Source: Macrostomum hystrix
Lineage: Eukaryota > Animalia > Platyhelminthes
Assembly (NCBI GenBank): GCA_950097015.1
Contig: CATNEN010000038.1
Location: forward strand, 35,216,001-35,280,000
Direction of reading: 5' to 3'
DNA length: 64,000 nucleotides
Shown here one piece after another: positions 39,276 through 53,091 of this stretch. Below the pieces are notes generated by a model. That model was not told the DNA's origin, searched no databases, and saw only the letters and a list, made by a program, of their open reading frames with translations. Position 1 is the first letter of the stretch, and each line of letters begins with the position of its first letter. The translations under genes and the position numbers were made by a program.

Positions 39276-40211
39276 GATCTTTACCACGTAATTAAAGTGT
39301 GTGACACCCCAGCTTTGAAATCTGTACTGCAACAGGTCAGATATTTTTGTTAAAACCTCAGATTTTTCATACCTGCCAGGAATATTATTAACAGTTGATT
39401 GATAATTCAAAAGCGAGGCATTGTATTCTTATCCCGTAATCTTATTCGAATCCGAATTTGCGAATAAATGCAAATTAAAAATCTACCTGCATTGAAACAG
39501 CAATTCAATAATCCATAAATTTCACGCCCCTGTTAATCTGAAGCAGACCAAAAAGAGAAAGGTAATCACAGTCTCACAATGTTCGCTTACTCTTGTTTCA
39601 ATTAATCATTTTTTTGCTTTTTCAAAGACCCAGTCAACACGTGACTGATGGCAGCCTATCCAGCTAATGCACTAAAACAATAATCTAGTAGGCAAGCGGA
39701 TACTAATAACAAATAATTACATTAGCAACCCTGACAGCTAAGCCCGATAAGACCAACAGAGAAAATCTCGTATTTCAATACATATCGTGTAACATAAAGC
39801 TAGTCAGTTTAGTATGTTGATTTAGTCCATTTTCATGGCTGCGGACTGCCGTTAAATTTATTTAATTCTTGAAAGCTGATAACAAGAAAAACGCTTACAA
39901 TTATTACTACTTTACGTAGCAATGTTATAAACTTGTCACTAAATAAGCACACGTCAGAAATAAATGAAGGGTTAGAAAAAGAGTTATGCATTATCATGAT
40001 TCCTGTTATTGTCATATTATATATATATATATATGTGTGCGTGTGCATATAAAGTGCATGCAAAAAGTAAGTAAGCACATGAGTGTCTGTCATTTCAAGC
40101 AGCAAGCATATTTGTTCGGATTCTGGATACCAAGCGAATTCAGTGAAGTTAGGACTCAAAACTATTAGAAAAATAATTAAAGCACATCTATGCGAGGATC
40201 TAACAAAATGG

Positions 40212-40772
40212 TTGATAGTTTGACAGGTTAGTTAGAAGGATGTGATAGTTTGACAAGTTAGTTTGAGGGGTGTGATAGTTTGACAGGTTAGTTTGAGGGG
40301 TGTGATACTTTGACAGGTACGTTTGAAGGATTTGATAGTTTGACTGGTTAGTTAGAAGGATGTGATAGTTTGACAAGTTAGTTTGAAGGATGTGATAGTT
40401 TGACAGGTTAGTTTGAGGGGTGTGATAGTTTGACAGGTTAGTTTGAGGGGTGTGATAGTTTGACAGGTTAGTTTAAAGGATTTAATAGTTTGACAGGTTA
40501 GTTTGAAGGATGGGATAGTTTGGCAGGTTAGTTTGAAGGATGGGATAGTTTGGCAGGTTAGTTTGAAGGATGGGATAGTTTGACAGGTTAGTTTGAAGGA
40601 TCTGATAGTTTGACAAGTTAGTTTGAAGGATGTGATAGTTTGACAAGTTAGTTTGAAGGATGTGATAGTTTGACAGGTTAGTTTGAGGGGTGTGATAGTT
40701 TGACAGGTTAGTTTGAGGGGTATGATGGTTTGACAGGTTAGTTTGAGGGGTGTGATGGTTTGACAGGTAAGT
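40212..40772. repeat. 30-bp minisatellite (TGTGATAGTTTGACAGGTTAGTTTGARGGR)n
   Basis: Direct periodicity. Confidence 0.95.
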
Positions 40773-41307
40773 TGGGTCTGGTGTTACTTTAGGGACAGAT
40801 TTCACAGCAAAAGTTTAGATCTATGTCAATGAGTTTGACAGCTTAAACAGATCAGATGATCTCACTGATAAAGGACGCAGCCAGGTTAGCGTTTTGACAG
40901 TCAGTGCCAGCAAACCCGAAAACGATGAAATATGCTAAAGGCAAAGGCGTCAACAATAATAAACATCACGAAGGCAGCTAAAGTAAGAATTAAAAAAGGT
41001 AGCATTGCATTTTTTGCAAACAAAAGCACAGTTAAATACTAAATAAATATTCAGGTATAAAAATATAGCTACTACTTGTACTAGTAGTAGAATACACCAG
41101 AGGACAGAATAAAAAAACTAGAAATTCTAGTTAGTTCAGTTAAGTAACAGAAATCAACAAAAGAAATCAAAATTAGCACCTGGATTATCTATAGCTGAGA
41201 GTATCAATGCTGCTTTTAATGATTTGGGATACTTGTATACTATAATGTGCCACGATAATGACACTGTTATACACTTAATCAACTAATGAACTTTCTGTGG
41301 AATTTGG

Positions 41308-43050
41308 AAAACTGAGTGTTCAGAAAAGGGTCCCTGAAGAATAGGAGGATTTTGAGAACCGAGAGTTCAGGAAAGGGTCCCTGAAAAATCGGAGGATTTT
41401 GAGAACTGAGAGTTCAGGAAAGGGTCCCTGAAGAATAGGAGGATTTTGAGAACTGAGTGTTCAGGAAAGGGTCCCTGAAGAATAGGAGGATTTTGAGAAC
41501 CGAGAGTTCAGGAAAGGGTCCCTGAAAAATCGGAGGATTTTGAGAACTGAGAGTTCAGGAAAGGGTCCCTGAAGAATAGGAGGATTTTGAGAACCGAGAG
41601 TTCAGGAAAGGGTCCCTGAAAAAACGGAAGATTTTGAGAACTGAGTGTTCAGGAAATGGTCCCTGAAAAATAGGAGGATTTTGAGAACTGAGTGTTCAGG
41701 AAAGGGTCCCTGAAGAATAGGAGGATTTTGAGAACCGAGAGTTCAGGAAAGGGTCCCTGAAAAAACGGAACATTTTGAGAACCGAGAGTTCAGGAAAGGG
41801 TCCCTGAAAAATCGGAGGATTTTGAGAACTGAGAGTTCAGAAAAGGGTCCCTGAAAAATAGGAGGATTTTGAGAACTGAGTGTTCAGAAAAGGGTCCCTG
41901 AAAAATAGGAGGATTTTGAGAACTGAGTGTTCAGGAAAGGGTCCCTGAAAAATAGGAGGATTTTGAGAACTGAGTGTTCAGGAAAGGGTCCCTGAAGAAT
42001 AGGAGGATTTTGAGAACCGAGAGTTCAGGAAAGGGTCCCTGAAAAATCGGAGGATTTTGAGAACTGAGAGTTCAGGAAAGGGTCCCTGAAGAATAGGAGG
42101 ATTTTGAGAACCGAGAGTTCAGGAAAGGGTCCCTGAAAAAACGGAAGATTTTGAGAACTGAGTGTTCAGGAAATGGTCCCTGAAAAATAGGAGGATTTTG
42201 AGAACTGAGTGTTCAGGAAAGGGTCCCTGAAGAATAGGAGGATTTTGAGAACCGAGAGTTCAGGAAAGGGTCCCTGAAAAAACGGAACATTTTGAGAACC
42301 GAGAGTTCAGGAAAGGGTCCCTGAAAAATCGGAGGATTTTGAGAACTGAGTGTTCAGAAAAGGGTCCCTGAAAAATAGGAGGATTTTGAGAACTGAGTGT
42401 TCAGAAAAGGGTCCCTGAAAAATAGGAGGATTTTGAGAACTGAGTGTTCAGGAAAGGGTCCCTGAAAAATAGGAGGATTTTGAGAACTGAGTGTTCAGGA
42501 AAGGGTCCCTGAAGAATAGGAGGATTTTGAGAACCGAGAGTTCAGGAAAGGGTCCCTGAAAAAATAGGAGGATTTTGAGGAACTGAGTGTTCAGTAAAGG
42601 GTCCCTGAAGAATAGGAGGATTTTGAGAACTGAGTGTTCAGGAAAGGGTCCCTGAAAAATCGGAGGATTTTGAGAACTGAGTGTTCAGAAAAGGGTCCCT
42701 GAAAAATAGGAGGATTTTGAGAACTGAGTGTTCAGGAAAGGGTCCCTGAAGAATAGGAGGATTTTGAGAACCGAGAGTTCAGGAAAGGGTCCCTGAAGAA
42801 TAGGAGGATTTTGAGAACCGAGAGTTCAGGAAAGGGTCCCTGAAGAATAGGAGGATTTTGAGAACCGAGAGTTCAGGAAAGGGTCCCTGAAGAATAGGAG
42901 GATTTTGAGAACTGAGTGTTCAGGAAAGGGTCCCTGAAGAATAGGAGGGTTTTGAGAACCGAGAGTTCAGGAAAGGGTCCCTGAAAAATCGGAGGATTTT
43001 GAGAACTGAGTGTTCAGAAACGGTTTCTGAAGAATCGGGGGATTTTGAAA
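41308..43050. repeat. 47-bp minisatellite with internal inverted repeat TTCAGG..CCTGAA
   Basis: Unit GAGAACTGAGTGTTCAGGAAAGGGTCCCTGAAGAATAGGAGGATTTT; ends about 90 bp from the DHHC stop. Confidence 0.95.
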
Positions 43051-43140
43051 ACAGGGACGGAACAGAGGGTTTTTTAGTGAAGGTACCTTCAGGCTAGGCA
43101 TTTTCTCAAAATAGTGCAGGTTGAAATGTAAAGCTCACAC

Positions 43141-46100
43141 TTAGACATTGATCTTGCTAAGTCGGACAATCTCCTCGTCGATTAGGCGATCTTTGCGCCT
43201 ACGGCAGGGCACCAGCCAGAGCCAGGGGGAATCGTAGCCGAACACTCGCGAAGCCGATTCGAACACGTTCATCGGACGGCTGCGCTGCGGCGGTTCATCC
43301 TGCGGCAGTTGACGCCGGCGAACAATCTCCAACAGTTCCAAGGTGGTTCGGCTCTCCCTGATGCCGATGCACTGCACAGCCAGGAGCATTGACATGCCAA
43401 CTAGTGTGATGAAGCTGACTAATATCGCGCTGCCTAGCCGGAGAGAGCGATGCGACGGACAGGAGACTGTCAGCGGTGTCAATGACTTAAACAGAGAATC
43501 GGCTAACAGCGAAGTCGAAGCACTGATGGATGCCGCAGTACAGGTAGGTGAATAATAGCCCAGTGTATCGCGCCACAGGTGATACTGGGCTGCTAGGCAA
43601 AGCAAAACACCGTAGAATAAAAGCAGGATGAAACGCCATCTGTTGTGCTCGCCGACACAGTTGAGAACAAACGGGCAGTGATGGTCCATTTCTAGGACGC
43701 AACGGCCGCATCTGGGTTAGAAGAATAGTGAGGATTACACTATAAGTATATTAGCACCTTATTACCCCCCCAATGACCTGTGACTGAGTAGCTAATTATG
43801 CCTCTGACCTGACCTCAGTCTGGGTAGTTCATTCCCCAATCCCCAGTCTGATTTATCCCCAGTCTAGTATGAGTAGATTACTAGCACACTAAGCCCCCTT
43901 GGGGGGCACAACTGTTCAGACAAAAATATTGTGTAATGCAGAAGGACAAACCACACCTAAAAGCAAACAAAAACGAAAACTCTACTTCGTTAGTATTAAT
44001 TTCCTTGATTGCGAATATACGTGATTGCGATTCAACAAGAATTAGAATTCTCACTAAATATAAAAATAGTCAGTCTGAGCTTGAATACATCAGAGATATC
44101 CGGTCTGTACACCAACAGCCCAATTGGGGCAAAATTACACAAGTAACTTACATTTGATACAACTCAGCTAAATCCCCAATCTAGTATGAGTAGATTACTA
44201 TCTGGAATTTCAAGCCTGAGTAGATCATTATCCACAATCCCCAGTCTGAGCAGATCATTATCCACAATCCCCAGTCTGAGCAGATCATTATCCAAAATCC
44301 CCAGTCTGAGCAGATCATTATCCGCAATCCCCAGTCTGAGCAGATCATTATCCACAATCCCCAGTCTGAGCAGATCATTATCCACAATCCCCAGTCTGAG
44401 CAGATCATTATCCAAAATCCCCAGTCTGAGCAGATCATTATCCACAATCCCCAGTATGAGCAGATCATTATCCAAAATCCCCAGTCTGAGCAGATCATTA
44501 TCCACAATCCCCAGTCTGAGCAGATCATTATCCACAATCCCCAGTCTGAGCAGATCATTATCCACAATCCCCAGTCTGAGCAGATCATTATCCACAATCC
44601 CCAGTCTGAGCAGATCATTATCCACAATCCCCAGTCTGAGCAGATCATTATCCACAATCCCCAGTCTGAGCAGATCATTATCCACAATCCCCAGTCTGAG
44701 CAGATCATTATCCACAATCCCCAGTCTGAGCAGATCATTATGCGCAATCCCCAGTCTGAGCAGATCATTATCCACAATCCCCAGTCTGAGCAGATCATTA
44801 TCCACAATCCCCAGTCTGAGCAGATCATTATCCACAATCCCCAGTCTGAGCAGATCATTATCCAAAATCCCCAGTCTGAGCAGATCATTATCCACAATCC
44901 CCAGTCTGAGCAGATCATTATCCACAATCCCCAGTCTGAGCAGATCATTATCCACAATCCCCAGTCTGAGCAGATCATTATCCACAATCCCCAGTCTGAG
45001 CAGATCATTATCCACAATCCCCAGTCTGAGCAGATCATTATCCACAATCCCCAGTCTGAGCAGATCATTATCCACAATCCCCAGTCTGAGCAGATCATTA
45101 TCCACAATCCCCAGTCTGAGCAGATCATTATCCACAATCCCCAGTCTGAGCAGATCATTATCCACAATCCCCAGTCTGAGCAGATCATTATCCACAATCC
45201 CCAGTCTGAGCAGATCATTATGCGCAATCCCCAGTCTGAGCAGATCATTATCCACTATCCCCAGTCTGAGCAGATCATTATCCACAATCCCTAGTCTGAG
45301 CAGATCATTATCCACAATCCCCAGTCTGAGCAGATCATTATGCACAATCCCCAGTCTGAGCAGATCATTATCCACAATCCCCAGTCTGAGCAGATCATTA
45401 TCCAAAATCCCCAGTCTGAGCAGATCATTATCCACAATCCCCAGTCTGAGCAGATCATTATCCGCAATCCCCAGTCTGAGCAGATCATTATCCACAATCC
45501 CCAGTCTGAGCAGATCATTATCCACAATCCCCAGTCTGAGCAGATCATTATGCGCAATCCCTAGTCTGAGCAGATCATTATCCACAATCCCCAGTCTGAG
45601 CAGATCATTATCCACAATCCCCAGTCTGAGCAGATCATTATCCACAATCCCCAGTCTGAGCAGATCATTATCCACAATCCCCAGTCTGAGCAGATCATTA
45701 TCCACAATCCCCAGTCTGAGCAGATCATTATCCACAATCCCCAGTCTGAGCAGATCATTATCCAAAATCCCCAGTCTGAGCAGATCATTATCCACAATCC
45801 CCAGTCTGAGCAGATCATTATCCAAAATCCCCAGTCTGAGCAGATCATTATCCACAATCCCCAGTCTGAGCAGATCATTATCCAAAATCCCCAGTCTGAG
45901 CAGATCATTATCCACAATCCCCAGTATGAGCAGATCATTATCCGCAATCCCCAGTCTGAGCAGATCATTATCCACAATCCCCAGTCTGAGCAGATCATTA
46001 TCCACAATCCCCAGTCTGAGCAGATCATTATCCACAATCCCCAGTCTGAGCAGATCATTATCCACAATCCCCAGTCTGAGCAGATCATTATCCACAATCC

Positions 46101-49100
46101 CCAGTCTGAGCAGATCATTATCCACAATCCCCAGTCTGAGCAGATCATTATCCACAATCCCCAGTCTGAGCAGATCATTATCCACAATCCCCAGTCTGAG
46201 CAGATCATTATCCACAATCCCCAGTCTGAGCAGATCATTATCCACAATCCCCAGTCTGAGCAGATCATTATGCGCAATCCCCAGTCTGAGCAGATCATTA
46301 TCCACAATCCCCAGTCTGAGCAGATCATTATCCACAATCCCCAGTCTGAGCAGATCATTATCCACAATCCCCAGTCTGAGCAGATCATTATCCAAAATCC
46401 CCAGTCTGAGCAGATCATTATCCACAATCCCCAGTCTGAGCAGATCATTATCCACAATCCCCAGTCTGAGCAGATCATTATCCACAATCCCCAGTCTGAG
46501 CAGATCATTATCCACAATCCCCAGTCTGAGCAGATCATTATCCACAATCCCCAGTCTGAGCAGATCATTATCCACAATCCCCAGTCTGAGCAGATCATTA
46601 TCCACAATCCCCAGTCTGAGCAGATCATTATCCACAATCCCCAGTCTGAGCAGATCATTATCCACAATCCCCAGTCTGAGCAGATCATTATCCACAATCC
46701 CCAGTCTGAGCAGATCATTATGCGCAATCCCCAGTCTGAGCAGATCATTATCCACAATCCCCAGTCTGAGCAGATCATTATCCACAATCCCCAGTCTGAG
46801 CAGATCATTATCCACAATCCCCAGTCTGAGCAGATCATTATCCACAATCCCCAGTCTGAGCAGATCATTATCCACAATCCCCAGTCTGAGCAGATCATTA
46901 TCCACAATCCCCAGTCTGAGCAGATCATTATCCACAATCCCCAGTCTGAGCAGATCATTATCCACAATCCCCAGTCTGAGCAGATCATTATGCGCAATCC
47001 CCAGTCTGAGCAGATCATTATGCGCAATCCCTAGTCTGAGCAGATCATTATCCACAATCCCCAGTCTGAGCAGATCATTATGCACAATCCCCAGTCTGAG
47101 CAGATCATTATCCACAATCCCCAGTCTGAGCAGATCATTATCCAAAATCCCCAGTCTGAGCAGATCATTATCCACAATCCCCAGTCTGAGCAGATCATTA
47201 TCCACAATCCCCAGTCTGAGCAGATCATTATCCACAATCCCCAGTCTGAGCAGATCATTATCCACAATCCCCAGTCTGAGCAGATCATTATCCACAATCC
47301 CCAGTCTGAGCAGATCATTATCCACAATCCCCAGTCTGAGCAGATCATTATCCACAATCCCCAGTCTGAGCAGATCATTATCCACAATCCCCAGTCTGAG
47401 CAGATCATTATCCACAATCCCCAGTATGAGTAGGTCATTATCCGCAATCCCCAGTCCGAGTAGCTAATTATCCGCAATTCCCAGTCCGAGTAGCTAATTA
47501 TCCGCAATCCCCAGTCCGAGTAGCTAATTATCCGCAATTCCCAGTCCGAGTAGCTAATTATCCGCAATTCCCAGTCCGAGTAGCTAATTATCCGCAATCC
47601 CCAGTCCGAGTAGCTAATTATCCGCAATTCCCAGTCCGAGTAGCTAATTATCCGCAATCCCCAGTCCGAGTAGCTAATTATCCGCAATTCCCAGTCCGAG
47701 TAGCTAATTATCCGCAATCCCTAGTCAGAGTAGCTAATTATCCGCAATCCCCAGTCCGAGTAGCTAATTATCCGCAATCCCCAGTCCGAGTAGCTAATTA
47801 TCCGCAATTCCCAGTCCGAGTAGCTAATTATCCGCAATCCCTAGTCAGAGTAGCTAATTATCCGCAATCCCCAGTCCGAGTAGCTAATTATCCGCAATTC
47901 CCAGTCCGAGTAGCTAATTATCCGCAATTCCCAGTCCGAGTAGCTAATTATCCGCAATTCCCAGTCCGAGTAGCTAATTATCCGCAATCCCCAGTCCGAG
48001 TAGCTAATTATCCGCAATCCCTAGTCCGAGTAGCTAATTATCCGCAATCCCCAGTCCGAGTAGCTAATTATCCGCAATTCCCAGTCCGAGTAGCTAATTA
48101 TCCGCAATTCCCAGTCCGAGTAGCTAATTATCCGCAATCCCCAGTCCGAGTAGCTAATTATCCGCAATCCCTAGTCAGAGTAGCTAATTATCCGCAATCC
48201 CCAGTCCGAGTAGCTAATTATCCGCAATAATTAGTCAGAGTAGCTAATTATCCGCAATCCCCAGTCCGAGTAGCTAATTATCCGCAATTCCCAGTCCGAG
48301 TAGCTAATTATCCGCAATTCCCAGTCCGAGTAGCTAATTATCCGCAATCCCCAGTCCGAGTAGCTAATTATCCGCAATCCCTAGTCAGAGTAGCTAATTA
48401 TCCGCAATCCCCAGTCCGAGTAGCTAATTATCCGCAATTCCCAGTCCGAGTAGCTAATTATCCGCAATTCCCAGTCCGAGTAGCTAATTATCCGCAATTC
48501 CCAGTCCGAGTAGCTAATTATCCGCAATTCCCAGTCCGAGTAGCTAATTATCCGCAATCCCCAGTCCGAGTAGGTCATTATCCGCAATCCCCAGTCCGAG
48601 TAGCTAATTATCCGCAATCCCCAGTCCGAGTAGCTAATTATCCGCAATTCCCAGTCCGAGTAGCTAATTATCCGCAATCCCCAGTCCGAGTAGGTCATTA
48701 TCCGCAATCCCCAGTCCGAGTAGGTCATTATCCGCAATCCCCAGTCCGAGTAGGTCATTATCCGCAATCCCCAGTCCGAGTAGGTCATTATCCGCAATCC
48801 CCAGTCCGAGTAGGTCATTACTTGGAGCAGTGATGTGCTCGAGACGGCCGTTCCCTATTGCATTTGGGACAGAACTCCATGCTAGGCCGGTCGCGTATCA
48901 GAAATCTGGCAATATAACTCTGCAGATCAGCATCGCTCACGATATAGCCTGGATCTGTGCGGCTAGCTAGTAGGAAGCAGGCCATGGTCATGACTAGAAC
49001 GAATGCGTACCAGCCAAGCGATAAAACACTGAACTCAGCCAGGCGGGGAAGCATAACTAGGCGGGGCACTTCAATAGCACCGTAGAGCCAAACAAACCAA

Positions 49101-49141
49101 ACAGCAAAGTAGCTGAGCACATCTTGCCAGGCTATTCTCAT
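43141..49141 (-). CDS. DHHC-type palmitoyltransferase (ZDHHC family), 296 aa, two exons
   Basis: Exon 49141-48822 (TM1-2, TDPG, FCPKCNRERPSRAHHCS) + exon 43711-43141 (K-CGRCVLEMDHHCPFVLNCVGEHN, TM3-4, TTLE, WLWLVP). Phase-2 GT-AG intron of 5110 bp with CTAAC branch point before CCAG. Confidence 0.95.
44180..48820. repeat. 30-bp satellite (~4.6 kb) filling the DHHC intron; two subtypes switching at ~47430
   Basis: CAGATCATTATCCACAATCCCCAGTCTGAG, then TAGCTAATTATCCGCAATCCCCAGTCCGAG. Confidence 0.98.
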
Positions 49142-49481
49142 GGTGAGCAGCTGTGACAGGGTCTTCAGCGAATTTTAATATTCTATCTCTATTTTAAGCG
49201 ATTCAATTTTTACAGTTTTTTAGCTGAAAGAAGTGATTAGGTCTAATTTAGTATTGATCAACCAAACGCACAATTTACAAATGTAATTTTGTCATAGTTT
49301 CTTGCTACAAATTACAATGCTTTTCAAAAAATGGTTGATTAAGATAACTATCCAAAATATACTGCTTTTTAGTATTTTTGTGGCATATAATTGTATAAAA
49401 ATTTGTACTAAAAATTACATAAAATACAACATTAAAATCTTATTAAAAGAAACAAAGGAAATATAACCCTTACATTTTCAA

Positions 49482-50440
49482 CAGTGGGGGGCCTAAAAAT
49501 GGAAAATACACACTGTTTGTGTGTACTTTTTGATGTACTATATTTTTTCACTGTTAAGTGTAACATTTTATGGAAAGTCTGGAGCTTGTTGTTGTTTTTG
49601 TTGTAAGAAAATGAAGACCTGTTTGGCCAAGGAGTTTGTTAATTTGCCATGGCCATGCAGCTGGGAAAGTTGAAAACTTTCATCCAGCAAGCACTCAGGC
49701 ACCTCAACAATACTGGAGCAGCATAGGATATGCCTCATGACCTGGCAGGGCACCAAAAACTGACCGCTGACTGGATCAACAAATTTTGTGAATGTCCAAG
49801 TCTAACTGTCAGTTCACTGCTGTGGGCATCAGCCATAAACTTCTTGTATCCAGGAATGTCCAGCTGCACCCCATGACTGTCTGCCACCACATGGTAGCTA
49901 CTGGACTGCATGACCAAATTGCTAGGAAAAAGCCATTCATCTCCAACAAAACCTGAAGCATTGCTTGAACTAGAGAAAGTAGCACACCAGGGGACTGGAT
50001 CAAGGTCATCTGGAGTGACAAGAGCAAGTTTTCCTGCACTGGTTCTGATGGCCGCCCGAATGTGTGCTACCAAGCTAGTGAGGAATTTGATCCCAAGTGC
50101 ACCATTGGTACTGTGAAGCATGGAGGTGACAGTGTCCTGGTGTGGGATGCATTTTCCACAGCTGTACCTGGGGCCAACAACTTGCATTGAGGGCATCATG
50201 GACATTCAGCAGTACCGTGACATACTCATCAGCCACTGACCAGAAGTAGTAGATGTACTGCCACTGAGTGCAGTGAACAGCTGGCAGTTTCAGCAGGCAA
50301 TGATCCCAAGCACACCTCCAAGAATGTGAAGGCATGGCTTGCTGAGAACAATATCTGTACAATAAACTGGCCAGCAATGTCACCAGACCTCAAACCAATT
50401 AAGAATCTATGGAACTGGGTTGAGTGGGACATCTAAAAAC
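49482..50440 (+). mobile_element. Decayed Tc1/mariner DNA transposon (transposase pseudogene)
   Basis: CAGTG-like left end; broken transposase motifs RKKPFIS (~49924), KHGGDSVLVWDAF (~50116), FQQ-NDPKHTS (frameshifted, ~50288), WPAMSPDLKPIKNLW (~50368; catalytic Glu changed to Lys); stops and frameshifts; no right TIR seen. Confidence 0.85.
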
Positions 50441-53091
50441 AGTAAAACTATGCTTTAAACTGTACTTCCCACTCAAACAAATCAGCTTTTTGAACTAAAA
50501 ACTGATGAAATGTTAACCAAAATACTATACAACTAACTTAAAATAATGTCTTAACAAGTTTTACATTACATTTACTGCTTGAATTTAGCTTAAGGACCAG
50601 TGTGGCTAATAAATATATTTTTCTTAGTTATTAATTCATTGTGTACCACAGTACATTGGCCAATGCAATCACAAGCACCTGGATACAAAGCATGTAACCA
50701 GAGGAAGTCAACAGCAAAATGGAAATTCATCAAATTGTTAGCAAAACTGGACCTAGAGTGCTATGTAATCTTTAGACTTGAAGATTTCCATGTAGTATTG
50801 TCCACACACTTTATGATTTGAAATTACTATGACATTACTGCTTTTAATTGTCTTTTAACACTATGGATATCAGTAGGCCCTAGCATTATTTATTCAATTC
50901 CTAGTCTGCTGTCCTTTTACATAGTAGGACCATAATCTAAAGCTGAAGGCAGCCACTGAAGCCCTGATTATTAGTATATTACATATTTCAATTGACATCA
51001 TGAACACTGAGAATAACAATGGTAGTGCAAATACCTCCAAAAGTACAAATATTGACACAAATTATGTCTAGGAGACAAGTTTATAAGTGACACAGTTAAA
51101 ACATTTTGAGTTTGCTACACTTCACAGAACTAAATGTTAAAAGGTTCACATTTACTAAGAAATAAAAGGCCCCATCACATAGCCATCAACTGCACAAATA
51201 AACTGTATAGAGAAAACATCTTTTCACTTGGTGTCCCTTTGGTCCAAGCTGGCTCACCTATCTTACCAGACAGACCTAGTCTGCAATTACTAGGCCTAGT
51301 AATTCTACATTTCCATAATCCTACAAATGTAGGCCTACTTGGCCACCCAGCAACAGATGGCCAGAAAAACAGTTTAGGCCTAACAAAACGATCTGAAAAG
51401 AGTGCTGCCTACTCATTCTTATTGGGCCTATACTCGTAGGCCCCAATGTTATATGTAGAGATAGATAATCTCTACGTAATAGATACGCACTACGTTCTAC
51501 CTAAAATATAGCATTTATATAGCAACTCATATAGTTAGTACGCGGCTAGAACAGCTACATAAAAAGTCCTGCATCGTATTTGTAGCTATCTGAAGAAAAA
51601 GTTACGTCCAGATGCAGTGTGTCTTAGTTCAAATTGTACGGAATCGAGGTCGAGTTTCCATTGGACAGTAAAACAATTTTTTATTTACATTTTAACTGCT
51701 CGCATGCCGTGCTGTATAAAAATTAATAAACGTATAGTAATATGTTATTGATTTTTAATAAAGGCATCAATTTTTTTCGCAGTTTAGTTATTACTTTTTT
51801 CGCTTTTACAGGCGCCAATACGACCTCGATACAATCTTAGAATCACCGCAAATGTATTATCTCGTCATTTATTTTTATTATTACTATTAGTCTATCACCA
51901 TTGTACTATTTTCATTTTTACAATATTAACTATTTGTTTAGGTGCTGCTTTTTTAGTAAAGGAAATTTAATAATTAGAAAATTGATTTCGTTTTCTTCTT
52001 CTGCGTGACGCTTCGTGCAGATCCAATATTCGTACGAAATTCTAGGCTTTTAAGTTATTTCCTGGAGTGTTTCACATGATAATTTGTGATTTACGAGCCG
52101 AAAGTGGGATAGGGTGCTCCTTCTTACAGTACTTAAAATGCAAATGTTTTACATTGTAATAGAAATCAGGGACAACCTAGTTTAAGTAGGTAGTTTAAGT
52201 AGTCCCTGATACAATTAACTTTTACAGACTTCTCGACCTACCTTTTGTCTCCAGAATCTCTTAAATGCAAGGGTTTAATATATGTCTATTTATGCTATAG
52301 ATTTTGTGGTCAGGACCAACAGAAAGTTTTACATCCCGTTCCTATTCATCATTGCCTTGATACGGCTGCCACTGAACATCGAATAATTTACAAGTTTTAA
52401 GATAAATAGAGTCCTGAAGATTGGAGAGTAAAGCCCAGTACTGAATACTTCTATTCTATACGCTGTAACGATTAAACTAAAATCGATGCCCTTCAGTAAT
52501 TTAGTTTACGTGGAGAGCGTCTTTTAAACAGTTTTAAATAAATTTAACGGAAGCTGTAAAATCTGTATGCAAAATACTATGTAACAGATCACATAAAATT
52601 AGTAACGTGGTTTATGTTTATTATGTTTTTGTGCATCATTATTTTTGCATATTAAAATGCAGTTCAATCAATACTGCTAAATTTTTCGTTTCATTAGTTT
52701 GTAGCTGACTTGCTACAAATGTTGCTAGTTGAATTCAAGAGTCGGCAAAAGCTTGAGCTTGTTTATTTAGTTTTGACAGGTTTTGTCGTGGGGTTACATT
52801 CAAGTCTTAACCGGGCGACTGTACCTAACGATAACAAGGGTCATAGACAATTAGCGGTAAGGGGGAAAACAAATGTACCATTTGAATCTTTAAATATAAA
52901 GAGTTAAAAGAAAGAAGTGAATTTGCTGCTACAAGTTCTTTCTTATCACTACTCATTAGGTTTCAAATATTCAAAGCAACAAAGTAAGAGACACAAAGCT
53001 CATTTATTCTTAATTTATAATTCTATAAACTAAAGCTGCGCTCCTATAACTTCAAGGCACAACTTCATCGGCGGCTGGAACTTCCGTTGAC

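Noticed and set aside
36830-43050. CRISPR-like arrays (23-, 30- and 47-bp units, one with an internal palindrome)
   Set aside because: Head-to-tail repeats with no unique spacers, no cas genes, eukaryotic context.
44164-47467. 1083/1093-aa ORFs resembling leucine-rich repeat proteins
   Set aside because: Translations of a 30-bp satellite lying inside the DHHC intron; open on both strands because the unit lacks stops.
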